Assembly: GCA_038087875.1 (NCBI GenBank)
Contig: CM075995.1
Coordinates: 3,412,001-3,476,000 of the forward strand
Direction: 5' to 3'
DNA: 64,000 nt
DNA from: Malacoraja senta
Lineage: Eukaryota
Below are positions 11,327 to 25,084 of the stretch, in pieces; position 1 is the first letter of the stretch; every line of letters starts with the position of its first letter. The position numbers and the translations under genes are program-made. Below the pieces are notes generated by a model. The model had not been told where the DNA came from. It was given only the letters and a program-made list of their open reading frames with translations, and ran no database searches.

Positions 11327-13950
11327 AAAGGTTCCCAACCTGGGGGAAATTTGATCCCATGGGGTAAAAATTAGTGGGTGTACAAGTGGGGGGGGGGGGG
11401 CAGTGGGGGATGTAGGGGAGAAAGGGGGTTTGGGGGGGGTGCGGGGGTTGTCAGAGATTACCAAACACTGAAGAATTCGATGTTCATACCTGCTTGTGGC
11501 CGACATGGTGGCACAGCGGTAGAGTTGCTGCTTTACAGCGCCAGAGATCCGGATTTGATCCTGACTACGGGTGCTGTTCTTACGGTGTTTGTACGTTCTC
11601 CCCGTGACCTGCGTGGGTTTTCTCTGAGACGTTCGGTTTCCTCCCACACTCCAAAGACATACAGGTCTGTAAATTAATTGACTTGGTATAAATGTAAATT
11701 GTCCCCAGTGCGTGTAGGATAGTGTTAATGTGCAGGGATCACTGGTCGATGCGGACTGGTTGGGCCGAAGGGCCTGTTTGCGGGCAGCATCTCTCAACTA
11801 AAAAAAGTAAATTTCAGCGACCAAAGCATTATCTTTAAATCCTCTTACTTGCTTTTTGATTCAAAGTTGAGAAACCTACAATCAGAAGAAGGGTCCTGAA
11901 ACAAAGAGTCATCTATCCATGTTCTCCAGAAATACTGCCTGACCCGTTTAGTTACTCCTGCATTTATGTGTCCTTTTCTGTAAACCAGCATCTGCAATTC
12001 TTTGTTATATTATTTTGTTATATTAAGTTATTTATTATATCGTTTACAGCGTACCATGTTTGCATATTCTGTTGTGCTGCTGCAAGTAAGAATTTCACAG
12101 TTCTATCTGGGACAAATGACTATAAAACACTCTTGTGTTTAGTGCCCATGCCTATTCATTGAAGCGTGGTGAATCAAGCAACAAAATGCAATCACTTTTG
12201 TTGCTACTATTGTATTTTTTACCACCACTTCTTATCGGGCTCAGTTTCACAGTTTTACTTCACTAGCCTTTTAACTGCTCAAACTGTTTTTAACTCAAAG
12301 CGATTTTAACTAGAAAAGCAGAGCATCTTGACACTAGGCCCTAAGACCCAGAGTCAAAAGGAGCAAATTTCCCCAGTGAATGAATAAAGAGAGATTGATT
12401 ACACGTTAAACTTCAAATCTGGTTCATAGATATTGATTGACCGGAAGCCCTATAGATTTTTTTTTTTTAACAACACAGTTAGTTTGCTTTATCCTGCTGT
12501 GGTTGACAGGCCATCTTCTCCTGTTCCACCTTATATGCCGATGAAGGTATTCACCAGAGTTTTCCCTTATAATGACAACAACACATGAGCTGTAGTTTTA
12601 GAAACTCGGTTTTTAAAAAAAATCAATTGGATCAGGTAACGGTATACCCTGTTGATAATGCGCAAATCTCAGTTGGTTTAAGTTTCAAAATGAACTGGAG
12701 TTACGTGATTCCCAAATGGCCCATTTAGTCCCTTTGTGTGTGGAACTGAATCTGCCCATTAGGACACTTATCCCAAGAGTATAAGTTTGTAAGTTCTAGG
12801 AATGGAATTAAGCTGTTCGGCCCATCCAGTCTACTCCGCCATTCAATCATGGCTGATCTATCTTTCCCTCTCAACCCCATTCTCCTGCCTTCTCCCCATA
12901 ACCCTTGACACCCATGCTAATCAAGAAGATGTCAATCTCTGCCTTCAAAATATCCATTGACTTGGCCTCCACAGCCAACGGCGGTAAAGAATACCACAGA
13001 TTCAATACCCTCTGACTAAAGATATTCCCCCTCATCTGCTTTCTAAAAGTACGTCCTTTTATTCTGAAGCAATGGGCTTTGGTCCAAGACATTCCCACTA
13101 TATACAACTATAATATTAGTGCAAAGGCCCCATAGCAGAAGCATCCACGTCTTGAGGCTGGAAATTGGAAGTATCCTGAGCTAATTCTGTTACCACCATC
13201 ATCTATAGCGACAAGTGATGGCTTCCACTGATTGTCGCCGGAAGCTTGCGTCCTTTTCAAGACGGACGATAACAGCGAGGCCAACATTTGTAACAAAATG
13301 GACATGAAAAGAAGAAGATTAGTGCAAAAAACGCTGAAGTCCAAATGCAACCAAAGACACGGTCCATTGAAGCAGGCAGATGGTGATGTTAGGGTTGTGA
13401 AGTATTCAACACCCTGATAGTTATTGGGAAGAAGCTAATCTTGAACCTGATGGTCAAGGTTTTCGGGCTCCTGTATATATTTCCCGATGGAAGGAATCAA
13501 ATGGGAGCATGGCCAGGGTGGTGACATTGGATGCCTTTTTGATGCCTTTGGTTTTAGTTTTTTAGAGAAACAGCGCGGAAACAGGCCCTTCGGCCCAGAG
13601 GGTCCACGCTGACATGGTTTAGATCCCCGCACAATAACACAATCCAACACCCACTAGGGACAAGTTTTACATTCACAAAGCCAATTAACCTACAAGCCTT
13701 GACGTCTTTGGAGTGTGGGAGAAAACTGAAGATCTCGGAGAAAACCCACACAGATCAGGGGGAGAACGTACAAACTCTGTACAGACAGCTCCCGTCGTTG
13801 GGATCGAACCCGGGTCTCTATCGTTGCTGGTTCTGTAAGGCAGCAACTCTACCGCTGCACCACCCTGACCAGGTACCAGGTTCCACTGAGAAGGTCCCAT
13901 AGTCAATTAGCTTGGTGGCATTCACTCTTTCGACACTTCGTGGAGTCTTA

Positions 13951-14260
13951 AGGGCCTGTCCCACTGTACGAGGTAATTCAAGAGCTCTCCCGAGTTTAAA
14001 AAAAATCAAACTCGTGGTAAGCACGTAGAATGTACGTAGCGGGTACGTCGGAGCTCGGGACGTCTCTTAGCGGCTCGTAACGCTAACGGCAGGTACTCAG
14101 GAAACGCGGTAAGCTCGTGAAGACTCGTGAAGATTTTTCAACATGTTGAAAAATGTCCACAAGAGCCCCGAGTACCTACGAGCAGCTATTACCGTAATTC
14201 TCCGAGTCAGGGGAAACTCGGGAGAACTCTTGAATTAGCTCGTACAGTGGGACAGCCCCT
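13951..14260. mobile_element. PIF/Harbinger-type MITE
   Basis: Long TIRs AGGGCCTGTCCCACTGTACGAG / CTCGTACAGTGGGACAGCCCCT; TTA duplicated at 13948-13950 and 14261-14263. Confidence 0.85.
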
Positions 14261-15531
14261 TTAGAGAAATGTAGTCATACGGCATGGAAACAAGTCCTTC
14301 GGCCGAACTTGCCCACTCCAACAAACGTGTCCCATCTACGCTAGTCCCACCTGCCTGCGTTTGACTCATATCCCACTAAACATGTCCTATCCATGTCTAA
14401 CTGTTTCTTAAATGTTGGGATAGCCCCTGCTCCAACTACCTCCTCTGGCAACTTGTTCCATTCACCCACCACACTTTGTGAGAAAAAAATCACCCCTCAG
14501 ATTCCTTTTCCCCTTCACCTCAAAACTGGTTCCATAGATTCATATTCAGTTGAAAAGATGAGTGACTTTGGTGAAGGAACAATGGAGAGAATCTCTGTAT
14601 GTACTAAACCTTGACAAGTTTAGTTTTTTTTAGTTTAGAGATAAAACTCAGGCCCCACCGAGTCCGCGCCGACCAGCGATCCCCACACACTAACACTATC
14701 CTACACACACTAGGGGCAATTTACAATGTTACCAGATCCAGTTAAACTACATACTTTGGAGTGTGGGGGGGAAACCGGAGCACCCGGAGAAAGCCCACGC
14801 AGTTGAATGGGAGAACATACAAGCTCCATTACGCAGCACACGTAGTCAGGATCTAACTCAGGTCTCTGGCCTTGTAAGGCAACAACTCTACCGCTGCGCC
14901 ACCGTGCTGCCCCACTTGTTGACATATTTGGGAGACAAAAAACAAATTCTGAAAATGAGATGTGGGCACGAGAAAATGTTCAACACCTGCTTGAACAAAG
15001 AAATTGGACTAAATGAATTATGTTAGAAATTATACCTACCTTAGGAGGTAAAAATAATGTGGTGAATATTTAATTACTCTTCAATTGTTAGTCCTTAAAT
15101 ACTCAAGCAGTAAGAAGAAACACCATTTTAAGTGTCTATTTTAATGGAGGCTCTTATTTATTTTTTTGGGCACATTCTGACCTTTTCTTTAAACTGGTTT
15201 GAATCGCTAAAGATACCAGAAGGAGCAAAGTCTGCACAACAAGATGGAATAAAAACAACTTGGCACTCGCCATAGAATACACAAAATATCTTTTAGTGTT
15301 CGGTAAAAATGAAGGAGATTGATGAGCAAGAAATGTTTTTAAAAAATGTAAAGATATGGATCAGATATGTATCGCAGAGGAATACATGTAAAGATGCATT
15401 TTAGAAACAAAATGCAGTAACTGGGACTCCTGTTTAGGAAAGAACTGCAGATGCGGGTTTAAATCGAAGGTAGACACAAAATGCTGGAGTAACTCAGCGG
15501 GTCAGGCAGCATCTCTGGACAGAAGGAATGG

Positions 15532-16205
15532 ATGTCATTTAAGTTCCTGGGAACCATCATCTCCAAGGACCTTCAGTGGGGGGCTACCATCGACTCCACA
15601 GTCAAAAAGGCAAAACAGAGGAAGTACTTCCTGCGGCAGCTGAGGAAACACAATCTACCACAGGCAATGATGGTCCAATTCTATACGGCCATCGTACAGT
15701 CTGTTCTCACCTTCTCCATCATGGTCTGGTTTCGCTCAGCTACCAAGTACGACATCCGGAGGCTGCAGAGAATCGTCCGATCAGCTGAGAAGGATATTGG
15801 CTGCAACCTTCCCTCCATTGACAAACTGTACACTGCAAGGGCCAGGAAACGAGCAGATAAGATCATCTCTGACCCCTCTCACCCTGGCCACAAACTCTTT
15901 GAATCACTTCCCAGCACTTCTGGAAGGCGACTCTGGACTGTCAAAGCTGCCACAGCCAGACATAAAAACAACTTTTTTCCACGAGTAGTAGCTCTACGCA
16001 ATAACCAAAAATCTGAAGCCTCCTTTTGCTCTGGTATTTTATTTAATTCACATTACTCAATAATGTTTTATTATTAATGTTTAATGTTTTATGCATCATT
16101 CTTAACTGTCACTGTATGTCATGTTGCCATTTGCGGGCGGAGCACCGAGGCAAATTCCTTGTATGTGAATACTTGGCCAATAAACTTATTCATTCATTCA
16201 TTCAT
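15532..16205 (+). mobile_element. Rex1/Babar-type LINE 3' fragment
   Basis: ORF FKFLGTIISKDLQW...KKAKQRKYFLRQLRK...DPSHPGHKLF...SGRR; AATAAA followed by a (TTCA)n tail. Confidence 0.85.
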
Positions 16206-16572
16206 GACGTTTCGGGTCGAGACCCTTTGGGCATTTTGGGCAGTCACGGTGGTGCAGCAGTAGAGTTGCTGTCTTACAGCGAAAGCAGCGCCGGAGACCC
16301 GGATTCGATCCCGATTACGGGTGCTGTATGTACGGAGTTTGTACGTTCTCCCCGTGATCTGAGTGGGTTTACTCCAAGATCTTCGGTTTCCTCCCACATT
16401 CCAAAGACGTACAGGTTTGTAGGTTAATTGGCTTGGTAAATGTAAAAATTGTCCCGAGTTGGTGTAGGATAGTGTTAATGTGCTGGTCAGCATGGATTCG
16501 GTGGGCCGAAGGGCTTGTTTCCCTGCTGTATCTCTAAAACTACAAAACTAAAAACTAAAACTCTTCTTCAGT

Positions 16573-16600
16573 CTGAAGAAGGGTCGCGACCCGAAACGTC
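16573..16600 (+). ncRNA. Minimal hammerhead-ribozyme-like core (PLE-associated)
   Basis: CTGAAGA-A-GGGTC GC GACCC-GAAA-CG-TC, which is CUGANGA, stem II, GAAA and a GUC triplet. Confidence 0.6.
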
Positions 16601-16766
16601 ACCCATTCCTTCTCCCCAGAGATGCTGCCTGACCCGCTGAGTTATTCCAGCATTTTGCGTCTACCTAACTGGGACTCCTAATCACTGGCAGCCCTGACAT
16701 GCCATGACCAAAAAGGTTTTTAGATGCCATTTCATGTATTTTCAGAGCTGTGGTATTTAGTTTAGT

Positions 16767-17930
16767 TAGACAATAGACAATAGACAATAGGTGCAGGAGT
16801 AGGCCATTTGGCCCTTCGAGCCAGCACCGCCATTCAATGTGATCATGGCTGATCATCCCCAATCAGTACCCCATTCCTGCCTTCTCCCCATATCCCCTGA
16901 CTCCGCTATTTTTAAGAGCCCTATCTAGCTCTCTCTTGAAAGCATCCAGAGAACCTGCCTCCACCGCCCTCTGAGGCAGAGAATTCCACAGACTCACCAC
17001 TCTCTGTGAGAAAAAGTGTTTCCTCGTCTCCATTCTAAATGGCTTGCTCCTTATTCTTAAACTGTGGCCCCTGGTTCTGGACTCCCCCAACATCGGGAAC
17101 ATGTTTCCTGCCTCCAGCGTGTCCAAACCCTTAACAATCTTAGATGTTTCAATAAGAATCCCTCTCATCCTTCTAAACTCCAGAGTGTACAAGCCCAGCT
17201 GCTCCATTCCCTCAGCATATGACAGTCCCGCCATCCCGGGAATTAACCTTGAAAACCTACGCTGCACTCCCTCAATAGCAAGAATGTTCTTCCTCAAATT
17301 AGGGGACCAGAACTGCACACAATACTCCAGGTGTGGTCTCACTGGGACCCTGTACAACTGCAGAAGGACCTCTTCGCTCCTATATTCGATTCCTCTTGTT
17401 ATAAAGGCCAACATGCCATTCGCTTTCTTCACTGCCTGCTGTACCTGCATGCTTACTTTCATAGACTGATGTACAAGGACCCCCAGATCCCGTTGTACTT
17501 CCCCTTTTCCCAACTTAACGCCATTTAGACCGTAATCTGCCTTCCTGTTTTTGCTACGAAAGTGGATAACCTCACATTTATCCGCTTTAAACTTCATCTG
17601 CCATGCATCTGCCCACACCCCCAACCTGTCCAAGTCACCCTGCATTCTCATAGCATCCTCCTCACAGTTCACACTGCCACCCAGCTTTGTGTCATCTGCA
17701 AATTTGCAAATGTTACTTTGAATCCCTTCATCCAAATCATTGATATATATTGTAGATAGCTGGGGTCCCAGCACCGAGCCTTGCGTTACCCCACTAGTCA
17801 CTGCCTGCCATTCAGAAAGGGACCCGTTAATCTCTACTCTTTGTTTCCTGTCTGCCAACCACTTCTTTATCCATGTCAGCACTCTACCCCCAATACCATG
17901 TGCCCTAATTTTGCCCACTAATCTCCTATG
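16767..17930 (-). mobile_element. 5'-truncated CR1 LINE with a 351-aa open RT fragment (16863-17918)
   Basis: QGSVLGP, KFADDTKLGG, RPHLEYCVQFWSP and VVSLWNSLP motifs; (CTATTGT)n tail. Confidence 0.95.
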
Positions 17931-19769
17931 TTTAGAGATACAGCGCGCGGAAACAGGCTCTTCGGCCCACCAAGTCCACGCCGACCAGTGATCAGCACTA
18001 TCCTACACACACCAGGGAAAAAAAATGCAATTTTTATCGAAGCCATTTAATCTACAAACCTGTACGTCTTTGGAGTGTGGGAGAACCCAGAGGTAATCCA
18101 TGCGGTCACAGGGAGAATGTAACAATTCCATATATGGAGCACCCATAGTCAGGATCGAACCCGGGTCTCCGGCACTGTAAGGCAGCAACTCTACCGCTGA
18201 GCTACTGTGCCGCCCAGAAACTATTGGGGGGTTTTAACGGTCAAAGTAGGTTGTTCTTCTCTCTGCATTATCCCCTGCTGTTTAAGTGCAGAGGCTAAGG
18301 GGTAAGGGAGGTTTCATCTTCTGAAACAATAGTCCCTGGAACTCATCCCGAAAATAAGTTAGGGAGAGATGCTTTTGCTCATTAGTCCTTGGCTCCTTTG
18401 AGGTTTTGCCAGACATTGGGTACCAAAGTACAAAGAAAAGGTTTCATGGAGTTGCACTGCAGAGGAGATTCCATCAGACTTGCCTGAATTGGAAAACGTT
18501 AGTTCTGGGGAGAGAGAGAGCGTTGTTTTCCCTGGAGTGAAGAAGGCTGAGAGGTGACCTAATAGTGATCCATCAAACTATATGAGACATAGAGAGGGTA
18601 GATAGTTGGAATCGTTTTCTCCTGAGGAGGTATCAAAAACAAGAGGACATGGTTTTAAGGTGAGTGGAAGGAGTTTCAAATGGGATTTGAGGGGACAATT
18701 ATTACACAAAGTATCTGAAACCCATAGCCAGAGGAGGTGCTGGATTCATATAGAATCACTATGTTTAAGAGGCATTTAGACAGGCACTGCAATACGCAAA
18801 GCATAGAAGGAAACAGACCTAATGCAGAGAAATGGTATTTTGTGCAGATGTTCAATGGATGTGGTGGGCTGATAGGCCAGTTTCTGTTCGGTACAACTGT
18901 ATCATTCGATGGGAACTGGTCCAAGTAAGCTAGAAACAAAGCTTGGCAGCCAAAGCTGTAATTAAACAATGAACAGTAGGTAAAGTGGAGATGCTTAAAC
19001 TAGAATGTGTATACCCCGGAGGAAGAATGATAGGGAAATTAAAACCAGATGTTTACAGGCGTTGTTTATAGGCATATTTTTAATGTTTATGTACATTATA
19101 TGTTAGATATAGCTAACGCAATCAGGGGATGTGGGGAGAAAGCAGAAATGGGGGACTGATTGTGGATGATCGGCCATGATCATATTGAATGGCAGGTGCT
19201 GGCTCGAGGGGCCGATTGGCCTACCCCTGCACCTATTTTCTATGTTTCTATGTTTCTATGTTCTCTGGATGACCAAGATGGCAGGCAGTAAAATAAAGTG
19301 GAAAAAACGAAACACATCGCGAAGGGAAGGTTGCTAATATTAATGATAATGAGGTTGATAACAGAGGAGACGCAATGAAGGAAATAGGAAGCAGTGAGAT
19401 AGTGAGATAAAAGGTTACGGGGGAGAAGGCAGGAGAATGGGGATGAGAGGGAGAGACAGATCAGCCATGATTGTATAGCACAGTAGACTTAATGGATCAA
19501 ATAGCTTGATTCTGCCCCAATGTCGTATGGACTCGTGCAGCGAATGTTAAATAGAATTAAAAAATATGTTTTATTTACCAATAAGACATTTACCGTAAGC
19601 GAAGAGGTAGGACCCAAAAGACTATTAACTGATAGAAGTAGTGGTCTTGGATGAAGTACTAAATGATATGTTATGTCGATCATCATCAGTAAAGATCATG
19701 TTACTGGTTTCTCAGCAAAGGGAGGTATAACTGAAGTTCTGGATAAGCAAGCAAATGAAAAAGATGAGC

Positions 19770-20310
19770 TCTTCCTTGGAGCTCCGGAGGATGAGGGGTG
19801 ATCTGACAGAGGTGTATAAAATCATAAGAAGAATAGATCGGGTAGACGCACCGAGTCTCTTGGCCAGAGTAGGGGAATCTTGGACCAGAGGACATGGGTT
19901 AAGTGAAGGGGGAAAGATTTAATAGGAATCTGAGGGGTAGCGTTTTCACCCAAAGGGTGGTGGGTGTATGGAACAAGCTGCTGGGGTAGGTATGTTTAAG
20001 AAAGAACTGCAGGTGCTGGAACAATCGAAGGGAGACAAAAAATGCTGGAGAATCTCAGCGGGTGAGGCAGCATCTATGGAGAGAAGGAATAGGTGAAGCT
20101 TCGGGTCGAGACCCCTCTTCAGACATAGTTGTGGCAGGTACTATCCCAACGTTTATGAAACAGTTAAACAGGTATATGGATAGGACAGGTTTGGAGGGAT
20201 ATGGAGCAAACGCAGGCAGGTGTGAATAGTGTAGATGGGACATGTTGGCCGGTGTGGGCAAGTTGTGCCAAAGGGCCTGTTTCCATGTTGTAATACTCTA
20301 TGACTATGAT
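19770..20310 (+). mobile_element. CR1 3' fragment with a PLE remnant inserted at about 19990-20123
   Basis: RRMRGDLTEVYKII and ESWTRGHG remnants followed by the CR1 3' UTR. Confidence 0.75.
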
Positions 20311-20854
20311 TCTCTGAGCTGCTGGAGGAGTTGGCTGCATTTCTGGTGGATTATTTACGAGCCACAGATACTGGTATTCCTCTGAGGCTACTGGAGGAAA
20401 TAAAGGAGGAAATAGAGGAGGCTCTGGTCATAATATCCCCAGTATTTGTAGATTCAGGAGAGATGCTCAAAGACTGGAAACTTGCCAACACTACAGCCTT
20501 TTTCAACAAAGGGTGAAGGGATAAATCTAGCGTCTATAAACCATTCAGCGTACATTTAATGGTGCGGAAATTAAAAGAAACAGTATTGAAGGATAGAATT
20601 GGCAGCCACTTCGTAAAATGTGGTTGAAATAGAAAAAAACTATCAAGGATTTGTTAAGGCAGAATTGAAAAGGGGAAAATGTGGTTAATCCAGCAAATAG
20701 GGGCTTCCAAAAAGCTTTTGGTAAAGTGCCACATAACAGACTTATCTAAAAAATAGAACCCCTTGAACAGAAAGGGCCTGTAACAGCATGAGTGGAAATT
20801 GGCCAAAGGACAGGTAACAGAGTGCAGGAGCGATAGGTTATTTCTCATGCTCAG

Positions 20855-21335
20855 TTTCAGTTTAATTTATTGTCACGTGTATCGATGTACAGTGAAAAGC
20901 TTTTATTGCGTGCTATCCAGTCAGCAGAAAGACAATACATGATTACAATCAAGCCATTTACAGTGTATAGACACATGATAAGGGAATAACGTATAGTGCA
21001 AGGTAAAGCCAGCAAAGTCCAGTCAAGGATAGTCCGAGGGTCACCAAAGAGGGAGATAATAGTTCAGGACTGCTCTCTGGTTGCGGTAGGATGGTTCAGT
21101 TGCCTGATAACAGCTGGGAAGAAATTGTCCCTCAATCTGGAGGTGTGCGTTCTCACACTTCTATGCCTTTTGCCCGATGGGAGAAGGGAGAAGAGGGAGT
21201 GGCCGGGGTGCGACTCGTCCTTGATTATGCTGCTGGCCTTGCCGAGGCAGCTTGAGATATCAATGGAAGGGGGGAGGATGGCTTGTGTGATGTTCTGGGC
21301 TGCGTCCACAATACGCTGCAATTTTTTGCAGAGGG
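20855..21335 (-). mobile_element. Rex1/Babar-type LINE 3' fragment
   Basis: KKLQRIVDAAQNIT...IIKDESHPGHSLFSLLPSGKRHRS...FFPAVIRQLN; 3' stem-loop TTTCACTGTAC...GTGACAATAAA. Confidence 0.85.
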
Positions 21336-22619
21336 AAGTATAGAATAGAATAGCACAGGGTCGATATTTGAACAACAACGCTTCTTTAATGATTTGGATT
21401 TCGGATGCAAGTATGCAGATTACATTTATTTGCTGCAGTGTGAATATTTGATCAGATCCCATTCAAACAACGCATAGGCCAATGGTACCTGCAAACATTC
21501 AAAACCTGCAGATAGCCAGTTTTTGCACAAAAACGGTGACGTGGCGTTAGAGCTACTGGCTTACATTGCCGGGTTCGATCCTGACTACGGGTGCTGTCTG
21601 TAGGGAGTTTGTACGTTTTCCCCGTGACCTGCGTGGGTTTTCTCCGAGGTCTTCGTTTTCCTCCCCCACTCCAAGGACGTACAGGTTCATGGGTTAATGG
21701 GCTTGGTATGAATGTAAAATTGCCCCTAGTGTGTGTAGATTAAGATTCAGATTCAGATTCAGATTCAGATTCAAACTTTATTGTCATTGTGCAGTTTACC
21801 AGTACAGAGACAACGGAATGCAGTTGGCATCTCACCCAGAAGTGCGAACACAGAATTATGGAACAGTAAAATATATATATGTATATACAGTAGCAGCAGT
21901 GCAATTTTCGGGAGGGGGGGGAGATCAGTCACTGATGGAAGGGGGTGGGGGGGGTGGCGAGGGGGGGGTGACTGGCAATCACCAAGGTGCAGAGTTAAGT
22001 AGGGTGCAGTGTAGGATAGTGTTAGTATGCAGGGATCACTGGTCGGCGCAGACTCGGCGGGCTGAAGGGCCTGTTTCCACTCTGTATCTCTAAACTAAAC
22101 TAAACTAAACTGAACTGATGAGGAGCATTGGTGCAGCACAGGTCAGAACTGCATCTCATAACGTTCCTTGTTTTTATCTCATTTTACCAGCAGGGAATCA
22201 CTATTTCTTTCCTCAGGCAAAACACTCTAACAATAACATAACAGTTATCCAATTTGCCTGGCTGGAAAACTTTCCAACCATTTATGGCTCAGATACAAAA
22301 CAGACCATTTTTTGTGTGCTGATCAAAGTGCCTGTGGAAAGTTTTTTTTTCCCCTCTCTCAGGATTTGGGAGCATAGGCTGTTTATTATAGGACAGGCCT
22401 TTCCTGAATGTATTGTACAGACGAAAGGCTGTGGCATTTTCCTCCTGCTTAAAAAAAAAATCACAAGGGTGAATTCTTCCACAATACCTTTGCCTGTATT
22501 TTTAAAAGAACCTTCAGCAGGACAGAAAACATTTACTCCCCTTTACTTTCAGCCTGAAGAAGGGTTCACTCGAAACGTGAACCATCGTTTATCTCCAGAG
22601 ATGCTGCCTGACCCGAGCG

Positions 22620-23055
22620 ACTCAAGGGTCTGAGCTATTGGGAGAGATTGAGCTGGCTAGGACTCCATTCTTTGGAGCGCAGGAGGATGAGGGGTGATCC
22701 TATAGAGGTGTGCAAAATCATGAGAGGAATAGATCGGGTAGACGCACAGAGTCTCTTGACCAGAGTAGGGGAATCAAGAACCAGAGGACATAGGTTTAAG
22801 GTGAGGGGGGGGAAAGATTTAATAGGAATCTGAGGGGTAACTTTGTCACACAAAGGATGGTGGGTGTATGGAACGAGATGACACAGGAGGTAGTTGAGGC
22901 TGGGGCTATCCCAACATTTAAGAAACAATTGGACAGGTACATGGATATGACAGGTTTAGAGGGATTTGGGCCAAATACAGGCAGGTGGGTTTAGTATTGG
23001 TGGGACATGTTGGTCAGTGTGGGCAAGTTGGGCCAAAGGGCCTGTTTCCACGCTC
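22620..23055 (+). mobile_element. CR1 3' fragment
   Basis: LGLHSLERRRMRGDPIEVCKIMRGIDRV...GESRTRGHRFK. Confidence 0.85.
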
Positions 23056-23905
23056 TAAGTCAAGTCAAGTCAAATCACATTTATTTATATAGCACATTTA
23101 AAAAACAACTCTCGTTGGCCAAAGTGCTTTACATTTGTTATAAGAATAATATAAGCAAACAAACTACATATATATATACATATAGCCCTCACTCAGAGGA
23201 CGTCAAGAAAGGCTTGGGAGTATAGATAAGTTTTTAGTCTTGACTTAAAGGAGTCGATGGAGGGGGCAGTTCTGATGGGAAAGGGGATGCTGTTCCACAG
23301 TCTAGGAGCTGCAACCGCAAAGGCGCGGTCGCCCCTGAGCTTATGCCTAGACCGCGGGATATTCAGCAACCCCAAGTCGGCTGATCTGAGGGACCTGGAG
23401 GTGGAGTGGTGGGTGAGAAGACTTTTAATGTAGGTGGGGGCAAGCCCATTGAGGGCTTTGTAGACATAGAGGAGGATCTTGAAATGTATACGGAACCGCA
23501 CAGGGAGCCACTGGAGAGAGGCCAGGATCGGGGTGATGTGGTCCCTTTTTCGGGTGCCCATCAGGAGTCTCGCTGCAGCGTTTTGGACCAGTTGCAGGCG
23601 GGACAGGGAAGATTGGCTGATGCCAGTGTAAAGGGAGTTGCAGTAATCTAGGCGGGAGGAGATAAATGTGTGGATGATCTTTTCGAGGTCATCAAACTGG
23701 AGGAATTGTTTTATTTTAGCTATCGTCCGAAGCTGAAAGAAGCTAGCTTTTACCACGGCATTGACCTGTTTGTCAAATTTCAGTGCTGAGTCAAATATCA
23801 CGCCAAGGTTTTTGACGTGAGGTTTGAGTAGTGGGGTAAGGCTTCCAAGGCTGCCTGCTATCATTTTGATTGAGTCCGAGGGGCCGAGAAGGATGACCTC
23901 ATGAT
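23056..23905 (-). mobile_element. L2 LINE 3' fragment (ORF 23193-23864)
   Basis: VKNLGVIFDS...SRLDYCNSL...LQLVQNAAARLL...HITPILASLQWLPV...GDRAFAVAAPRLWNS, typical of the L2 C-terminus; (TTGAC)n tail. Confidence 0.9.
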
Positions 23906-24304
23906 TATGGAAACATAAAATTCCTCTATGACTAAGCCTCTATGACTCTCCATGACTCTATAACCCGCTGAGCTACACCAGCACTTCGTGGTCTATCTTT
24001 TTGTCATTAAAACAACGTGGGCTGACGGTTCCAATTGAGTTGAGTAGGTCATCCGTGCTGTGATATTGGCCTGGAAGTGAATGCTGTTGTTAATTTGCTT
24101 AACCTCACAATAGATTTTGAGGCTTTGCTAAGACCTTATCAGCGGTATCTCTCCAGTAAATTGAGGTGCCCGCTGCAGGTAGGCCAGTCTCCAAAGAGCA
24201 CAAGGATCACTCAGTGGATCATGAGCTTTAAGTTGCATACTAGGTTTTGCTCTGCAAATACAGTTAACGTCACACTGCCAAATGATGCACTGACACACTG
24301 ACGT

Positions 24305-24890
24305 TAGAAACATAGAAACATAGAAACATTGAAAATAGGTGCAGGAGTAGGACATTCGGCCCTATGAGCCAGCACCGCCTTTCAATATGATCATGGCTGA
24401 TCATCCAAAGTCAGTACCCCGTTCCTGATTTTTCCCCATATCCCTTGATTCCATTAGCCCTAAGAGCTAAATCTAACTCTCTTGAAAACATCCAGTGAAT
24501 TGGCCTCCACTGCCTTCTGTGGCAAAGAATTTGACAGATTCACAACTCTCTGCATGAGAAAGCTTTTCCTCATCTCAGTCCTAAATGGCCTACCCCTTAT
24601 TCTTAAACTGTGAGCCCCTGGTTCTGGACTCCCCCGACATCGGGAACATTTTTCCTGCATCTAGCCTGTCCAATCCCTTAGGAATTTTATGTTTCCATAA
24701 GATTCTCTCTCATCCTTCTAAACTCCAGTGAATACAAGCCCAGTCGACCCATTCTTTCATCATATGTCAGTCCCGCCATCCGGGGAATTAACCTTCGTGA
24801 ACCGATGCTGCACTCCCTCAATAGCAAGAACGTCCTTCCTGAAATTAGGAGATCCTAACTGCACACAATACTCCAGGTGCGGTCTCACCA
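24305..24890 (-). mobile_element. CR1 3' fragment
   Basis: HSLRIRGRPFRTEMRK; (TTTCTATG)n tail. Confidence 0.85.
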
Positions 24891-25084
24891 AGTTAATGGT
24901 GAACTAAATCATCAGTGTCAACCTTTGTGAAAGGTAACTCCCAAGACATGGGAAATGGCCTGCATTTTCCACCCTCTGATGGTGAACTTCCTTATCAGGG
25001 GACAATTTTCTTCAGAAGAGGTATGGATGCATGTGACTTTTATCTTGCTAATATTAAGTGTAAGGACAACTTGAGGTAACCGGG

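Larger units (their letters stand above)
15432..16665. mobile_element. Fold-back Penelope-derived element containing nested Rex1 and SINE insertions
   Basis: Inverted pseudo-LTR halves; 14-bp TSD TAACTGGGACTCCT at 15418-15431 and 16666-16679. Confidence 0.8.

Noticed and set aside
11327..11380. hAT-like terminus CAAAGGTTCCCAACCTGGGG
   Set aside because: No matching second TIR or TSD was found, so it cannot be delimited.
22118..22633. 171-aa ORF
   Set aside because: No recognisable domain; it runs through homopolymer tracts and ends in a PLE remnant.
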